Part shown: positions 37,236 to 51,998 of the stretch, piece by piece
Layout: every line of letters starts with the position of its first letter
Numbering within the stretch: position 1 is the first letter of the stretch
Assembly (NCBI GenBank): GCA_963708135.1
Contig: OY970192.1
Span: 608,001-672,000, forward strand
Direction: 5' to 3'
Length of the DNA stretch: 64,000 nt
DNA from: an uncultured Gemmatimonadales bacterium
Lineage (GTDB): Bacteria > Gemmatimonadota > Gemmatimonadetes > Longimicrobiales > RSA9
Notes under the pieces: model-generated
Told to the model about the DNA's origin: nothing
The model's input: only the letters and a program-made list of their open reading frames with translations
The model's database searches: none
Position numbers and translations under genes: made by a program

Positions 37236-39188
37236 ATGCCCGCCCGCGAACAGGCACTGGAGGCCCTGCTGCTGGAGGATCGCCGCTTTCCGCCGTCGGA
37301 GGAGTTTCGGGCGCAGGCGAACGCGTCGGACCCGGAGATCTACGAGCGCGCCGAGGCGGACTTCGAGGCCTACTGGGCCTCCTGGGCCGAGCGGCTGGAC
37401 TGGTTCGAGCCGTGGGAGCGGGTGCTCGAGTGGACGCCGCCGCACGCGAAGTGGTTCGTGGGGGGTAGGCTGAACGCATCGTACAACTGCCTGGACCGGC
37501 ACCTGTCGGGTGTGCGGCGCAACAAGGCGGCGCTCATCTGGGAGGGGGAGCCGGGCGACCAGCGGGTGTACACGTACCGGGACCTGCACCGGGAGGTCTC
37601 GAAGTTCGCGAACGTGCTGAAGTCGCTCGGGGTGGGGAAGGGGGATCGGGTGGCGATCTACCTGCCCATGATCCCCGAGGCGGCGATCGCGATGCTGGCG
37701 TGCGCCCGGATCGGGGCGCCGCACAGCGTGGTCTTCGGCGGCTTCTCGGCCGAGAGCCTGCGCGACCGGATCGTGGACGCGGAGGCCAAGGTGCTGATCA
37801 CGGCGGATGGCGGGTTCCGGCGGGGACGGGTGGTGGCGCTGAAGGACGCGGCGGACGAGGCGGTGTCGGAGACGCCTTCGATCACGCACGTGGTGGTGGT
37901 GAAGCGCGGGGGCGGGCTCGAGACGGCGGTGCACATGAAGCCGGGCCGCGACCTGTGGTACCACGAGCTCGTGGAGGATGCATCCGCGCACTGCCCCGCG
38001 GAGCCGATGGACGCGGAGGACCTCCTCTATATCCTCTACACGTCGGGCACGACCGGGAAGCCGAAGGGCGTGGTCCACACGACCGGCGGCTACATGACGC
38101 AGGTGCTGGCCACGACCAACCTGGTGTTCGACCTGAAGGACGAGGACTGCTACTGGTGCACGGCGGACGTAGGGTGGGTGACCGGGCACAGCTACATCGT
38201 GTACGGGCCGCTGGCCAACGGCGCCACGGCGCTCATGTACGAGGGCGCGCCGGACTGGCCGGACCGCGGCCGCTTCTGGAAGCTGGTCGAGAAGTACGGC
38301 GTGACCATCCTCTACACGGCACCGACGGCGATCCGCGCGTTCATGCGCTGGGGCACGGAATGGCCGGGGCAGCACGACCTGTCGTCGCTCCGGCTGCTGG
38401 GGACGGTCGGCGAGCCGATCAACCCCGAGGCCTGGATGTGGTACCACGAGCACATCGGCGGCGGCCGCTGTCCGGTCGTGGACACGTGGTGGCAGACCGA
38501 GACGGGCGCGATCATGATCACGCCGCTGCCGGGGATCACGGCCACCAAGCCGGGCAGCGCGACGGTGGCGTTCCCGGGCGTGAAGGCCGCGATCCTGGAC
38601 AACGAGGGCGGGCAGGCCGGCGCGGGCTACCTGGCGTTGCCGCGGCCGTGGCCGTCGATGCTGCGCACCATCTGGGGCGACGATGAGCGCTTCCGCGACA
38701 CCTACTGGGCCAAGTGGGACGGCATCTATTTCCCGGGCGATGGAGCCAAACTGGACGAAGACGGGTATTTCTGGCTGCTGGGGCGCGTGGACGACGTGCT
38801 CAACGTGGCCGGCCACCGCATCGGCACGATGGAGGTCGAGAGCGCGCTGGTGGACCACCCGGCCGTGGCCGAGGCCGCGGTGGTCGGACGTGCGGACGAG
38901 CTGAAGGGGCAGGCCGTCGCCGCCTTCGTCACCGTGAAGGAGGGCATCGAGCCGACGGATGCGCTGAAGCAGGAGCTGCGCAATCACGTGGCGGAGAAGA
39001 TCGGCGCGATCGCGCGGCCGGATGACATCCTGTTCGCCGCCGACCTGCCCAAGACGCGCTCCGGCAAGATCATGCGGCGGCTGCTCCGCGACATCGCGGA
39101 GGGCCGCGCGCTCGGAGACACGACGACGCTGGCGGATCCGGCCGTCGTCGCCCGCCTCAAGGGCGAGTACGAGGACAAGGAAGGCTGA
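37236..39188 (+). CDS. acs: acetyl-CoA synthetase
   Basis: [50 protein letters not shown]. Confidence 0.97.
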   Translation: MPAREQALEALLLEDRRFPPSEEFRAQANASDPEIYERAEADFEAYWASWAERLDWFEPWERVLEWTPPHAKWFVGGRLNASYNCLDRHLSGVRRNKAALIWEGEPGDQRVYTYRDLHREVSKFANVLKSLGVGKGDRVAIYLPMIPEAAIAMLACARIGAPHSVVFGGFSAESLRDRIVDAEAKVLITADGGFRRGRVVALKDAADEAVSETPSITHVVVVKRGGGLETAVHMKPGRDLWYHELVEDASAHCPAEPMDAEDLLYILYTSGTTGKPKGVVHTTGGYMTQVLATTNLVFDLKDEDCYWCTADVGWVTGHSYIVYGPLANGATALMYEGAPDWPDRGRFWKLVEKYGVTILYTAPTAIRAFMRWGTEWPGQHDLSSLRLLGTVGEPINPEAWMWYHEHIGGGRCPVVDTWWQTETGAIMITPLPGITATKPGSATVAFPGVKAAILDNEGGQAGAGYLALPRPWPSMLRTIWGDDERFRDTYWAKWDGIYFPGDGAKLDEDGYFWLLGRVDDVLNVAGHRIGTMEVESALVDHPAVAEAAVVGRADELKGQAVAAFVTVKEGIEPTDALKQELRNHVAEKIGAIARPDDILFAADLPKTRSGKIMRRLLRDIAEGRALGDTTTLADPAVVARLKGEYEDKEG

Positions 39189-39194
39189 GGTTGA

Positions 39195-40172
39195 ATGGGC
39201 CGCAGTGAGGTCATGCGCGAGGCGACGACGCTTCCCCTGCCGCCGCTGCAGCGGGTGGTCGATGCCGTGGAGACGGTCTTCCACGGCAAGGACGAGGTCG
39301 TGCGCCTGGCCACCGCGGCGCTGCTCGCCCGCGGCCACATCCTCTTCGAGGACATTCCGGGCGTGGGTAAGACCACGCTGGCGCGGGCGCTGGCGGCGGC
39401 GCTCGGGCTGAGCTTCAGGCGCATCCAGTTCACCAGCGACCTGCTTCCCTCCGACGTGCTGGGCGTCTCGATCTACAACCCGCGCACGGCGGCCTTCGAG
39501 GTGCGCCCCGGCCCGATCTTCACGAACATCGTGGTGGCGGACGAGATCAATCGCGCGCCGCCCCGCACCCAGAGCGGGCTGCTGGAGGCCATGCAGGAGG
39601 GACGGGTCACGATCGACGAGCGGACCTACGAGCTGCCGAGGCCCTTCCTGGTCATGGCCACGCAGAACCCGCTCGAGCACCACGGCACCTATCCGCTCCC
39701 CGAGAGCCAGCTCGATCGCTTTCTCATGCGCCTGACCATCGGCTACCCGGACGAGCGCGCGGAGCGGATGATCCTGCTCGAGACCGCCGGCGAGGCGGAC
39801 CCGGTGGAGAGGATCCAGGCGGTCGTCGACCACGACCAGGTGCTCGAGCTGCAGGCACGAGTCGAGGGTGTCCATGCCGACTCCAGCATCGTCGATTACC
39901 TCATGCAGGTCGTGCGCACCACCCGCACCGACGCGCGGCTGCGCCTGGGCGTGAGCCCGCGCGGAGCGATAGCGCTCTACCGCGCCGCCCGCGCGTACGC
40001 CCTCGTCGAGGGGCGGGATTTCCTGGTTCCGGACGATGTGCGCCGCCTGGTCGTGCCCTGCCTGGCCCACCGCCTGCTCCCGGCCGGCGCGTCTGCGGGC
40101 AGCGCCCAGGCGCACGAGGAGGCCGCCGCGCTCCTCGACGAGCTCGTCGCCGGGATCCCGCTCCCCGTCTAG
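39195..40172 (+). CDS. MoxR family AAA+ ATPase
   Basis: EDIPGVGKT, RIQFTSDLLPSD, DEINRAPPRTQS, ATQNP, LPESQLDRF. Confidence 0.93.
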   Translation: MGRSEVMREATTLPLPPLQRVVDAVETVFHGKDEVVRLATAALLARGHILFEDIPGVGKTTLARALAAALGLSFRRIQFTSDLLPSDVLGVSIYNPRTAAFEVRPGPIFTNIVVADEINRAPPRTQSGLLEAMQEGRVTIDERTYELPRPFLVMATQNPLEHHGTYPLPESQLDRFLMRLTIGYPDERAERMILLETAGEADPVERIQAVVDHDQVLELQARVEGVHADSSIVDYLMQVVRTTRTDARLRLGVSPRGAIALYRAARAYALVEGRDFLVPDDVRRLVVPCLAHRLLPAGASAGSAQAHEEAAALLDELVAGIPLPV

Positions 40173-40185
40173 GGGCCCTGGCCCC

Positions 40186-41274
40186 GTGGCCGCCTCCACG
40201 CCGCCCGCGCGCCGGCCGGGGCGCTGGGCGCGCCTGCGCGCCCGGCTCCGCCCGCCGCGCCGCCTCCGCTTCACCTCCTCCGGCCGCTGGCTCGTGCTCG
40301 GCGTCCTGGGCATCGGCTTGGCCGCCCTGAACACCGCCAATAACCTGCTCTACCTCGTGCTCGGCGGCATGCTGGGCCTCATCGTGGTGAGCGGCTGGCT
40401 CTCCGAGCAGGCGCTCCGCGGGCTCGTGGTGCGCCGGCGTATCGCGCCCGGCGTGACGGCCGGGCGGCCGGCGCGCATCACCTACGAGGTTGCGAGCCGG
40501 AAGCGCCGGCTGCCGAGCTTCTCCATCGAGCTGCGCGAGAAGGGAATCGCCGGCGCCGCCTTCCTGCCGGGGCTCGCGCCCGGCCGCACTGCCTTCACCC
40601 GCGCCGAGGTGGTCTTCCCGCGTCGCGGCGTCTACCCGCTCGCCGAGTTGACCCTTGCCACCACCTTCCCCTTCGGCTTCTTCGAGAAGCAGCGCGACCT
40701 CGAGCTGCCGGGCGCCGTCATCGTCTGGCCACGCACGGACCGCCGCGTGCGCGCCCCACGCCGCGCCGGCGACCGCGCCCGCCGGACCGGCCCGCTTCCG
40801 GCCGGGCTCGGGGGGGGGCGGGGCGAGTACCGTGGCCTGCGCGCGTTCCGCCCGGGCGACGACCCGCACGACGTGCACTGGCGCTCGAGCGCCCGGCGCG
40901 GGGACCTGGTGGTTCGCGAGTACGAGCGGGACGAGGCGGAGTCGCTCTGGATCTCCCTCGACCTGCGCTGTCCGCGCGGGGCGCAGGCCGCGGGCGAGGC
41001 CGCCGTCGAGGTGGCGGCCGCGCTGGCCGATCGCGCCTCCGGGAGGGGGGAACGCTTCGGCTTGGTGACCCAGGACGCCTGGATCGAGCTGGGCACCGGC
41101 GCGCCGCACCTCGAGGCGGTGCTCGACGCGCTGGCCGCTGCCCGGCTGCGCCCCGCGGCGGGGCCGCCGGTATGCGCGATCCCGACGGACGCGTGCGTGC
41201 TGGTCACGGCCGGCGGCGGCGGGGAGCCGGGCTTCGCCGACCGGTTTTCCGTCGAGGCGGAGGGCGTGGAATGA
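40186..41274 (+). CDS. DUF58 domain protein
   Basis: AALNTANNLLY, RRGVY, FPFGFF, EYRGLRAFRPGDD...HWRSSAR...VREYE. Confidence 0.88.
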   Translation: MAASTPPARRPGRWARLRARLRPPRRLRFTSSGRWLVLGVLGIGLAALNTANNLLYLVLGGMLGLIVVSGWLSEQALRGLVVRRRIAPGVTAGRPARITYEVASRKRRLPSFSIELREKGIAGAAFLPGLAPGRTAFTRAEVVFPRRGVYPLAELTLATTFPFGFFEKQRDLELPGAVIVWPRTDRRVRAPRRAGDRARRTGPLPAGLGGGRGEYRGLRAFRPGDDPHDVHWRSSARRGDLVVREYERDEAESLWISLDLRCPRGAQAAGEAAVEVAAALADRASGRGERFGLVTQDAWIELGTGAPHLEAVLDALAAARLRPAAGPPVCAIPTDACVLVTAGGGGEPGFADRFSVEAEGVE

Positions 41275-43313
41275 GGTTGCGGCTGCTGCACCGGCGGCTC
41301 GCGCTGGTCATGGCGCTCGCCGCCCTCGTCGCCTTCCTCGCGGGCACCGGGCTGGACGCGCCGGCCGCCGTCCCCGCCCTCGTGGCCCTGGTGGCCGGGC
41401 TCTTCTGGCAGCCGGCGCCGGCGCTCGGGCGGCGGCTCGAGCGCCTCGGCGTCGCACTGGCCGTGGCCCTCGCCGCGCGCGCCACCTATCACGTGGCGGC
41501 GCTGCCCGAGGACGTCGTGATCCCGATGGCCGACCTGCTGCTCCTGCTGCTCGCGATGGAGTCGATCAAGTCGCTCGAGAGCGGGACGGACACGCGCATC
41601 TACGCGCTCAGCTTTGCGCTGCTCATCGCGTCCACGGCCTATCGTCCGGGCGTGCTCTTCGCGCTGGCCTTCATCGCCTACGTGGCGGCCGTCATCCTGG
41701 CACTGATCGTCGGGCAGCTGCGCCGCCAGAGCGAGCGCCATGGCGCGGCCGAGCTGCCCCTGACGCGCGGCTTCCTCCTGCGCATGGCGGCGCTGTCCGG
41801 GCCCGTCGTGGCGATGAGCGCGGTGCTGTTCCTTGCGTTCCCGCGCGTGTCCCGCGGCTGGGCCGCGCGCGTCCATCACGCGGAGACGATCGTCGGCTTC
41901 GACGAGCAGGTCTCCCTCGCCGCCTACGGCAGCCGGATCTACCCGAACCCCGAGATCGTGCTGCGCGTGGAGTTCCCGGACGGAAGGCCCGCCGATCCCG
42001 CTCACCTGTACTGGCGCGGGCGCTCCTACGACCGCTTCGATGGCGTGCGCTGGTCCCGGTCCGCCGACCTGCCGCGGGCGCTCGCCCCGTCGGGGTGGTA
42101 CTGGCAGCGCTGGGGCGGGCCGGTCCAGCGGCAGGACATCTACGCCGTGCCGCTCGAGGCGCAGGTCCTCTTCGGGCTCCACCCGATGGTGCGCCTGGTG
42201 CCGCACGGCCCGATCCGGCCCAGCCTCGACAACGCCGGCGACGTGACGTACGTGGGCAGCGGCGAGCCGGTCTATACCGCCTTCTCCCTCGCCGGGCGGC
42301 CGACGCCGAGCGCCCTTCGCCTCGCCCCCGACGGCGCTCCGCCCGCCGACGGCTATTACCTCCGGCTGCCCGGACTACCCGCGCGAGTCAAGCGGCTCGC
42401 CGACTCGCTCACGGCCGGCGCCAGCGACCGCTACGACCGCGTCGAAGCCGTCCGGAGTTGGCTGCGGACCCGCTTCGGCTACACGCTCGAGCTGCCTCGC
42501 ACGCCGCGCGAGGCGACGCTGGACTACTTCCTCTTCGAGCGCCGCCGCGGCCACTGCGAGTACTTCTCGACCGCTCTCGCGGTGCTGCTGCGCGAGGAGG
42601 GGATCCCGGCCCGGAACGTCAACGGGTTCGCCGGCGGCGAATGGAACCAGCTCGGCGACTACCTCGCCGTGACGCAGAACCATGCCCACTCCTGGGTCGA
42701 GGTCTGGTTCCCCGGCTTCGGGTGGGTCCCCTTCGACGCCACGCCCGCCGCCGCTGGCGCGACCGCGGCCGCCGCAGGCGGCTGGCTCTGGCCGCTGCGC
42801 TTCGGCTTCGATGCGCTCGAGCACCGCTGGGGAAAGTGGGTCCTCGACTACGACCTGGCGGACCAGTTCCGCCTCGTTCGGCGCGCCACCGCGGCGTTCC
42901 GCCGGGCCCCGTCGGACGCGCCGGCGGGCGGCGGCTGGCCGGACAGGCTCCTGCCGTGGGTCCTCGGCGCGGCCGCCGCCCTGGTCCTCTTCTGGGCGCT
43001 CCGCTTCAGGCGACGCGGCCTGCCCGAGGCCTCGCGGCTCTACCTCCGGCTCCGCCGCAGCTACGGCCGGGCGGGCTTCGAAACGGGCGGCCAGGCGACG
43101 CCGCCGCTCGCGTTTCTCGCGCGCCTGAGCGCGGCGGGCGCTCCCGGCCTGCCGAACGCGCGCGTCGCCGTGGGCCTCTATCTGAGGGCGCGCTTCCGCG
43201 GCGACCCGATCGGCGCGGAGGGGCTGGGACGCATGCGGGCGGAGGTTGCGGCCGCGCGGCGCGCGCTCAGGGCCGGACGCCGGGGGGCGGCCGGGGCTCG
43301 CGGCGCGGCGTGA
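41271..43313 (+). CDS. transglutaminase TgpA family membrane protein
   Basis: N-terminal TMs; LYWRG; GHCEYFS, HSWVEV, FDATP catalytic triad motifs. Confidence 0.9.
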   Translation: MRLRLLHRRLALVMALAALVAFLAGTGLDAPAAVPALVALVAGLFWQPAPALGRRLERLGVALAVALAARATYHVAALPEDVVIPMADLLLLLLAMESIKSLESGTDTRIYALSFALLIASTAYRPGVLFALAFIAYVAAVILALIVGQLRRQSERHGAAELPLTRGFLLRMAALSGPVVAMSAVLFLAFPRVSRGWAARVHHAETIVGFDEQVSLAAYGSRIYPNPEIVLRVEFPDGRPADPAHLYWRGRSYDRFDGVRWSRSADLPRALAPSGWYWQRWGGPVQRQDIYAVPLEAQVLFGLHPMVRLVPHGPIRPSLDNAGDVTYVGSGEPVYTAFSLAGRPTPSALRLAPDGAPPADGYYLRLPGLPARVKRLADSLTAGASDRYDRVEAVRSWLRTRFGYTLELPRTPREATLDYFLFERRRGHCEYFSTALAVLLREEGIPARNVNGFAGGEWNQLGDYLAVTQNHAHSWVEVWFPGFGWVPFDATPAAAGATAAAAGGWLWPLRFGFDALEHRWGKWVLDYDLADQFRLVRRATAAFRRAPSDAPAGGGWPDRLLPWVLGAAAALVLFWALRFRRRGLPEASRLYLRLRRSYGRAGFETGGQATPPLAFLARLSAAGAPGLPNARVAVGLYLRARFRGDPIGAEGLGRMRAEVAAARRALRAGRRGAAGARGAA

Positions 43314-43380
43314 TCGGCCGCCCGCCCCCGCCGGGCGCTGCTCGGCGGGCGGGCCGGCGGAGGCACGGCGGTGCCGGTCG

Positions 43381-44214
43381 TCAGTTGCCAGCGGGATCCG
43401 CCAGCGGGTCCGTGGTGCGGGGGTGGGTGGGGCGTTCGTCCTGCGGCGGCTTGCGCAGCCGGGGCACGGCCGGGATGCCGAGGGCGACGTCGCCCGAGGC
43501 GATGTCCTTCGTGGCCACGGCCATGGCGCCGAGCATGGAGTCGGGAGCCATGTGAACGCCGGCCAGCACGGTGGCGTGGTAGGTGACGCGGACGCCGTCA
43601 CCGAGCACGGTGGACGGGGTCTGCACGTCCCGGCCATCCGCGAGCGCATGGGTGTGGCTGTAGATGTTCGAGTAGTCGGCGATGGAGACGCGGTGGCCGA
43701 GCACGATCGCCCCCCGATCGTCGAGGAGCACGTGGCGGTGGATCACGACGTCGTCGCCCACCTCCATGTTGTAGCCGAAGGAGAACTTCACGAAGTGGAA
43801 GGCCTTGAAGCTCCGGCCGCAGCGCTTGAAGATGCGGCGGGCGAGCACGCGCCGGAAGCGCACGCCCAGGTGCACGTTCTCCCCGAGCGGGCTCTTGTCG
43901 AACATCTCCCAGAGCCAGAGCAGCGGCTTGACCGGGGCGTAGCGCTCCGGGTCGATGTCCTGATAGTACTCCGGCTCGAGGGTGATCGCGCGGGGATCCA
44001 TCTGCAGCAGGGCGACCCGGGTGGCGCGCGGCAGCTCGCGCGGGTCCGCGTCGCGGTACTGCGGGTAGTAGAGGTCCGTCAGGAGCTGACGGCAGAGCTC
44101 TGCCCGGTCGCACGACGGGTCGGAGAGCGCCTCCTCCAGCTCCCCCAGCCAGCCATCGTACTCACCCGCCGCCGCCGCCGCGACGTCCACCCGCCTCAAA
44201 GGAAGAAACGCCAT
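43381..44214 (-). CDS. hexapeptide-repeat acyltransferase
   Basis: VGDDVVI, LGHRVSI, YSHTH, LGDGVRV, GIPA. Confidence 0.85.
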   Translation of the reverse strand: MAFLPLRRVDVAAAAAGEYDGWLGELEEALSDPSCDRAELCRQLLTDLYYPQYRDADPRELPRATRVALLQMDPRAITLEPEYYQDIDPERYAPVKPLLWLWEMFDKSPLGENVHLGVRFRRVLARRIFKRCGRSFKAFHFVKFSFGYNMEVGDDVVIHRHVLLDDRGAIVLGHRVSIADYSNIYSHTHALADGRDVQTPSTVLGDGVRVTYHATVLAGVHMAPDSMLGAMAVATKDIASGDVALGIPAVPRLRKPPQDERPTHPRTTDPLADPAGN

Positions 44215-44376
44215 GAGCCCCCCGGCGCCCGGAGACGCCGCCGATCAGGTTCTCCTGCCGGCCGCCGGCTCGAACCATAGGCGCGGCGCACCGGCGGTGT
44301 CAAACCACAGAACGCGGCCGCGGGGGTGGTCGGTTCCGGTGGCGCCGGTGCGGCTCGCCCCGCAGATTGGCGGCCC

Positions 44377-48172
<3,796 letters not shown>

Positions 48173-48204
48173 CGCTGCATTGGGTGCCGCGCGGACCCGT
48201 CGGG

Positions 48205-48219
48205 GGGCACGCGTCTTGC
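48205..48219 (+). promoter_or_regulatory. candidate sigma54 promoter
   Basis: GGGCACG-cgtc-TTGC, near consensus. Confidence 0.6.
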
Positions 48220-48272
48220 CCCCTTCGCCGGAGTGAAGGCCCACCACAACGCGGACCCGATCCGGACGAGCC

Positions 48273-49394
48273 ATGATCACTCGCGACGACATCCAGCGCC
48301 TGATCCATCGGCAGGGGAGCGGCCGGCCGATCCTGTCGCTCTACCTGGACATGGCGGTCAACTCCGACAACAAGCGGACGTACGGCACTTTTCTCTCGAA
48401 GCGCGAGGCGCGCTCCCTCGACGCCGCCGCGGACCAGGGATGGGACCGTCGCGCCATCGAGGGCGCGTTCGAGCGGGCGCGGGACTGGATCGAGACGCAG
48501 TTCGTCGAATCGAACAAGGGCCTGGCCATCTTCACCGAGCTCGGCGGCGACTGGATCGAGGGGCTGCAGCTCCCGCTCCCCCTGGAGAACCTCGCCGAGA
48601 TCTCCGAGCGACCGATCATCTGGCCCCTGGCTCACGCGGTGGAGGCCTACCCACGCCATGCCGTCCTCGTGGTGGACCGGACCCACATGCGCATGCTCGA
48701 CGTGCAAATGGGCGTGCTGCTGCACGAGCACGAGGTAGACACCGAGCCCTATCCCACGCCCCACGATGTGCACGCCGGCGGCTTCTCCGCCAAGGACTTC
48801 CAGAAACGGAAGGCGGAGGAGGTGCGCCACTTCTTCAAGGCCTTCGCCCTCGAGGCCGCGGAGCTCGAGCGCCGCTACCATCCCGACGACCTGGTCCTCC
48901 TCGGCACCGACCAGACGGTGAAGCAGTTCCGCGAATTCCTGCCCACCTCGCTGCGCGACCGGATCGTCCACACCGGCCACGCACCCGTCGATGCCCCCAC
49001 GCCGGCAATCCTCGAGCGCCTCGCGCCCGTCTTCGAGCAGCTGCGGGCTCGCGCCCAGGCCGCCGCCATCGAGCTGTTCCGGGAACGGGTCCGGGAGGGG
49101 CACCTCGCCGCCGCCGGGCTGCCGCGGACTCTCGAGCTGCTGCAGGAGGGGAAGGTCGCCACGCTCATCGTCACCGGCCGCACCGAGCACGAGGGCGGCC
49201 AGTGCGGTCGCTGCGGTTTCTTCCTCGCTCGCGCGGACGGCGCCTGCCCCTACTGCGGGGGAGAGGTGCGCGACGGGATCGACCTCACCGAGGCCATGAT
49301 CCGGATCGCCGAGGAGCAGGAGGTGGCCATCGAGTTCGCTCCCGCGGACGCGCTGGATGAGGCGGAGGGCGCCGGCGTCCTGCTGAAGTTCTAG
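48273..49394 (+). CDS. bacterial archaeo-eukaryotic release factor (baeRF/aeRF1-like) family protein with zinc ribbon
   Basis: ILSLYLD, KGLAIF, GGFS loop, CGRCG...CPYCG, C-terminal GVLLKF. Confidence 0.78.
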   Translation: MITRDDIQRLIHRQGSGRPILSLYLDMAVNSDNKRTYGTFLSKREARSLDAAADQGWDRRAIEGAFERARDWIETQFVESNKGLAIFTELGGDWIEGLQLPLPLENLAEISERPIIWPLAHAVEAYPRHAVLVVDRTHMRMLDVQMGVLLHEHEVDTEPYPTPHDVHAGGFSAKDFQKRKAEEVRHFFKAFALEAAELERRYHPDDLVLLGTDQTVKQFREFLPTSLRDRIVHTGHAPVDAPTPAILERLAPVFEQLRARAQAAAIELFRERVREGHLAAAGLPRTLELLQEGKVATLIVTGRTEHEGGQCGRCGFFLARADGACPYCGGEVRDGIDLTEAMIRIAEEQEVAIEFAPADALDEAEGAGVLLKF

Positions 49395-49551
49395 TGGACC
49401 GGCGGCGGGGCGGCCGCCGTGTCCGGCGCGTCCGCCTCCCGGCCGGCGGGCGGGCCACGGCCGCCGCGGCGGGCCTCGCGCCGGCGGTCCACCGGGGCGG
49501 CGCCCGGGCGGTCGCGGGAATGTGATCGGGTCGCCCGGCGGATCCCCTTGC

Positions 49552-49581
49552 TTGACAAGGTCCGCCGGCCTTCCTTAGGTT
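49552..49581 (+). promoter_or_regulatory. candidate sigma70 promoter
   Basis: TTGACA-18-TAGGTT. Confidence 0.6.
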
Positions 49582-49629
49582 GATAGACCCGTATGTCCCG
49601 CATACTCTCCGTCTGACCACCCTCTCAAC

Positions 49630-50277
49630 GTGAGTCACGCTGCCGTGAGCACGCTATCAGCGAGCAAGGCGAGCACGCTGCACGAGTTGCGCGTGCGTCT
49701 GGAGGCGCTGCCCGGGATCGAGCGGGTTCTCATCGACGATGAGCGCGACGGGATCTGGGTCATCGGGGATCCGACCCAGGAGCGCCCGGTGCTGGAGATG
49801 GAGATCCGCGGCGTCCTGTCGCGACTGGGCATCGAGCCCGACGCCGTTCCGGTCGAGCTGACCATGCGCTCGAACAGCGAGCGCAACCGCGTGCGCTTCG
49901 TGGGAGTGGCCCGTGAGATGCTGCCGGACGGCAGCGTCATGATGCGGGTCTCGCTGGAGTGGCAGGGCGAGGTTTTCGTCGGAGAAGAGGTCGGCGAGTC
50001 CGGCGGGCCGATCGAGATGCGGACGGCGGCGGTCGCGGCCGTGAACGCCGTCGAGGCGCTGACCAGCGTCGATCTGGGGCTGCGGCTGATCGGGATCAAG
50101 CAGATCCGGGCCTTCGACCAGGAGATCACGGTCACCTCGATGCTGCGCTCCGGCCAGCCGCCGCAGCGGCTGGTGGGCGCCGTGCTCGCCTCCCGCGACC
50201 CCGCTCGCACCGCGGCGCTGGCCGTTCTGAACGGCCTCAACCGCGTGCTCGGCAACTTCCTCAGCACCAACGGCTGA
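49630..50277 (+). CDS. conserved hypothetical protein (start uncertain)
   Basis: Protein-like composition and GC3 bias; ends AVLNGLNRVLGN. Confidence 0.7.
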   Translation: MSHAAVSTLSASKASTLHELRVRLEALPGIERVLIDDERDGIWVIGDPTQERPVLEMEIRGVLSRLGIEPDAVPVELTMRSNSERNRVRFVGVAREMLPDGSVMMRVSLEWQGEVFVGEEVGESGGPIEMRTAAVAAVNAVEALTSVDLGLRLIGIKQIRAFDQEITVTSMLRSGQPPQRLVGAVLASRDPARTAALAVLNGLNRVLGNFLSTNG

Positions 50278-50287
50278 GGTCCCGGAA

Positions 50288-51631
50288 ATGAAACGATCCC
50301 GAGCCGCCGCCGCCGTGGCCCTGTCCGCCCTCGGCGCGTGCGCGCCAGTGCACCCCCCCGTGCTCGCGCCCACGCCGCGCGCGCCCGAAACGCCACCGGC
50401 TCGGGTCGTTGTGACGCCGCCTCCGCCGGTGACGCCCGGGATCGACCCCGCCGACTTCGACCTGCCGGTCGTCGTCAATGCTCCGGTGGAGCAGGCGATC
50501 GAGAGCTTCCTGCGGCACAAACCGACGTTCGAGGGATGGCTCGCCCGGGAAACGCGCTACGGACATCTCATTCGCTCCCGTCTGGCCGCGGCGGGGCTGC
50601 CCGCGGACCTCATCAACCTCGCCCTCATCGAGAGCGGCTTCTCGCCGACTGCCACCTCCTCGGCCGGCGCCGTCGGGATCTGGCAGTTCATGCCCGGCAC
50701 CGCCCGGCTGGAAGGACTCGAGATCTCAACCTACATCGATGAGCGGCGCGACCCCGTGCGCGCGACGGAGGCCGCGGTCCGCCACCTGCGCTCGCTCTAC
50801 CGGCAGTTCGGGAGCTGGTACCTGGCCGCCGCCGCGTACAACTCCGGTTCCGGACGCGTAGAGCGCACGCTCTCAGCGGTGGCCGGAGGCGCCCGCGGAG
50901 AGGACTCGCTCTTCTGGTCGATCGAGAACGCGCTGCCGTCGGAGACCCGAGGGTACGTACCGCAGCTCATCGCGGCGGCGATCCTCAGCCGCTACCCCGA
51001 CCGCTACGGCCTCGCCACGCCGCCGCCCGCGCCACAGGACTACGATACGGTGCGCGTGGACGAGGCGACGGACCTCCCGGTCATCGCCCGGGCCACCGAC
51101 ACGAGCGGCGAGGAGATCCGCGCGCTCAATCCCCGCTTCGTCCTGGGCGTGACGCCGCCCGGGCGCAGCGTCGCGGTCCGCGTCCCGGCCGGCACCGCCG
51201 AGTTCTTCGCCACCGCGCTCGCCCGCATCCCCTCCGAGGCCCGCGTCCACGACCTCGAGTACACGGTCCGCCGTGGCGACACCGCGCCGGCCATCGCCAA
51301 CCGCTACGGCGTCCGCCTGGCCGCCCTCCGCGGCGCCAACCACCTGGAGCGCGGCCGACGGCTTCCCCGGGGACGCCACCTCCTCATCCCGCTCGCCCCC
51401 GCGACCGTGACCGCCGCCCTCGATCGCGAAGCAGTCCGAACGGCGAGCGCCAGGCACCCCGCCTCCGGTGCCGGCCGGAAGGGCGGCTACACCGTCAGGA
51501 CCGGCGACACGCTCTGGGGGATCGCGCACCGCCACGGTACCACCGTGGCGCGGCTTAGGGACTGGAACGACCTGTCAGACGACGCCGTCATCCACCCGGG
51601 GGACCGTCTGAACGTCGGGCCTCCCGGCTGA
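50288..51631 (+). CDS. MltD-like lytic transglycosylase lipoprotein with LysM domains
   Basis: Lipobox LGAC; IESGF, AVGIWQFM, DERRDP, AAAAYN, ETRGYV; two LysM repeats. Confidence 0.9.
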   Translation: MKRSRAAAAVALSALGACAPVHPPVLAPTPRAPETPPARVVVTPPPPVTPGIDPADFDLPVVVNAPVEQAIESFLRHKPTFEGWLARETRYGHLIRSRLAAAGLPADLINLALIESGFSPTATSSAGAVGIWQFMPGTARLEGLEISTYIDERRDPVRATEAAVRHLRSLYRQFGSWYLAAAAYNSGSGRVERTLSAVAGGARGEDSLFWSIENALPSETRGYVPQLIAAAILSRYPDRYGLATPPPAPQDYDTVRVDEATDLPVIARATDTSGEEIRALNPRFVLGVTPPGRSVAVRVPAGTAEFFATALARIPSEARVHDLEYTVRRGDTAPAIANRYGVRLAALRGANHLERGRRLPRGRHLLIPLAPATVTAALDREAVRTASARHPASGAGRKGGYTVRTGDTLWGIAHRHGTTVARLRDWNDLSDDAVIHPGDRLNVGPPG

Positions 51632-51965
51632 CGAACGCGCGGCTCGGGCCCTCGTGGCCTGCCCCGCGCCGATCGTACCGCCGGGACCGCCGAAGCCGCA
51701 GCACCCTGCCGCAGCCCTCCCCTGTTTCAAGTCGCCGACCTCGACGGCGCACTCCCGGGATCGCACGTCGAGCTCGCCGTGATCCATCCAGCCGCCTCCC
51801 ACCTGCTTCCATCTTCCCCGATGGCGAAGCGCTCGCTTCCGCCCGACGACTCCGTTGTCGATCGCTTCGGCCGGGCGGCTCCGCCGTGGGGTTGACGTGC
51901 GCCCGGCGGGAACGCCGCGCGGGCGGTCCGGGCGCTGCAATCCGGCACATAAGTCTCGTCACCCC

Positions 51966-51998
51966 TTGACGTTAGGCTATAATTCAACTACCTTTGAA
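51966..51998 (+). promoter_or_regulatory. candidate sigma70 promoter with an overlapping inverted repeat
   Basis: TTGACG-17-TACCTT in an AT-rich island; TTCAA-N6-TTGAA at 51983-51998. Confidence 0.55.

Noticed and set aside
37212..40340. 1042-aa ORF on the - strand
   Set aside because: Antisense shadow of acs and moxR caused by high GC3.
51632..51960. Short ORFs or ncRNA between the two transglycosylase genes
   Set aside because: No RBS, no protein-like composition and no recognisable RNA motif.
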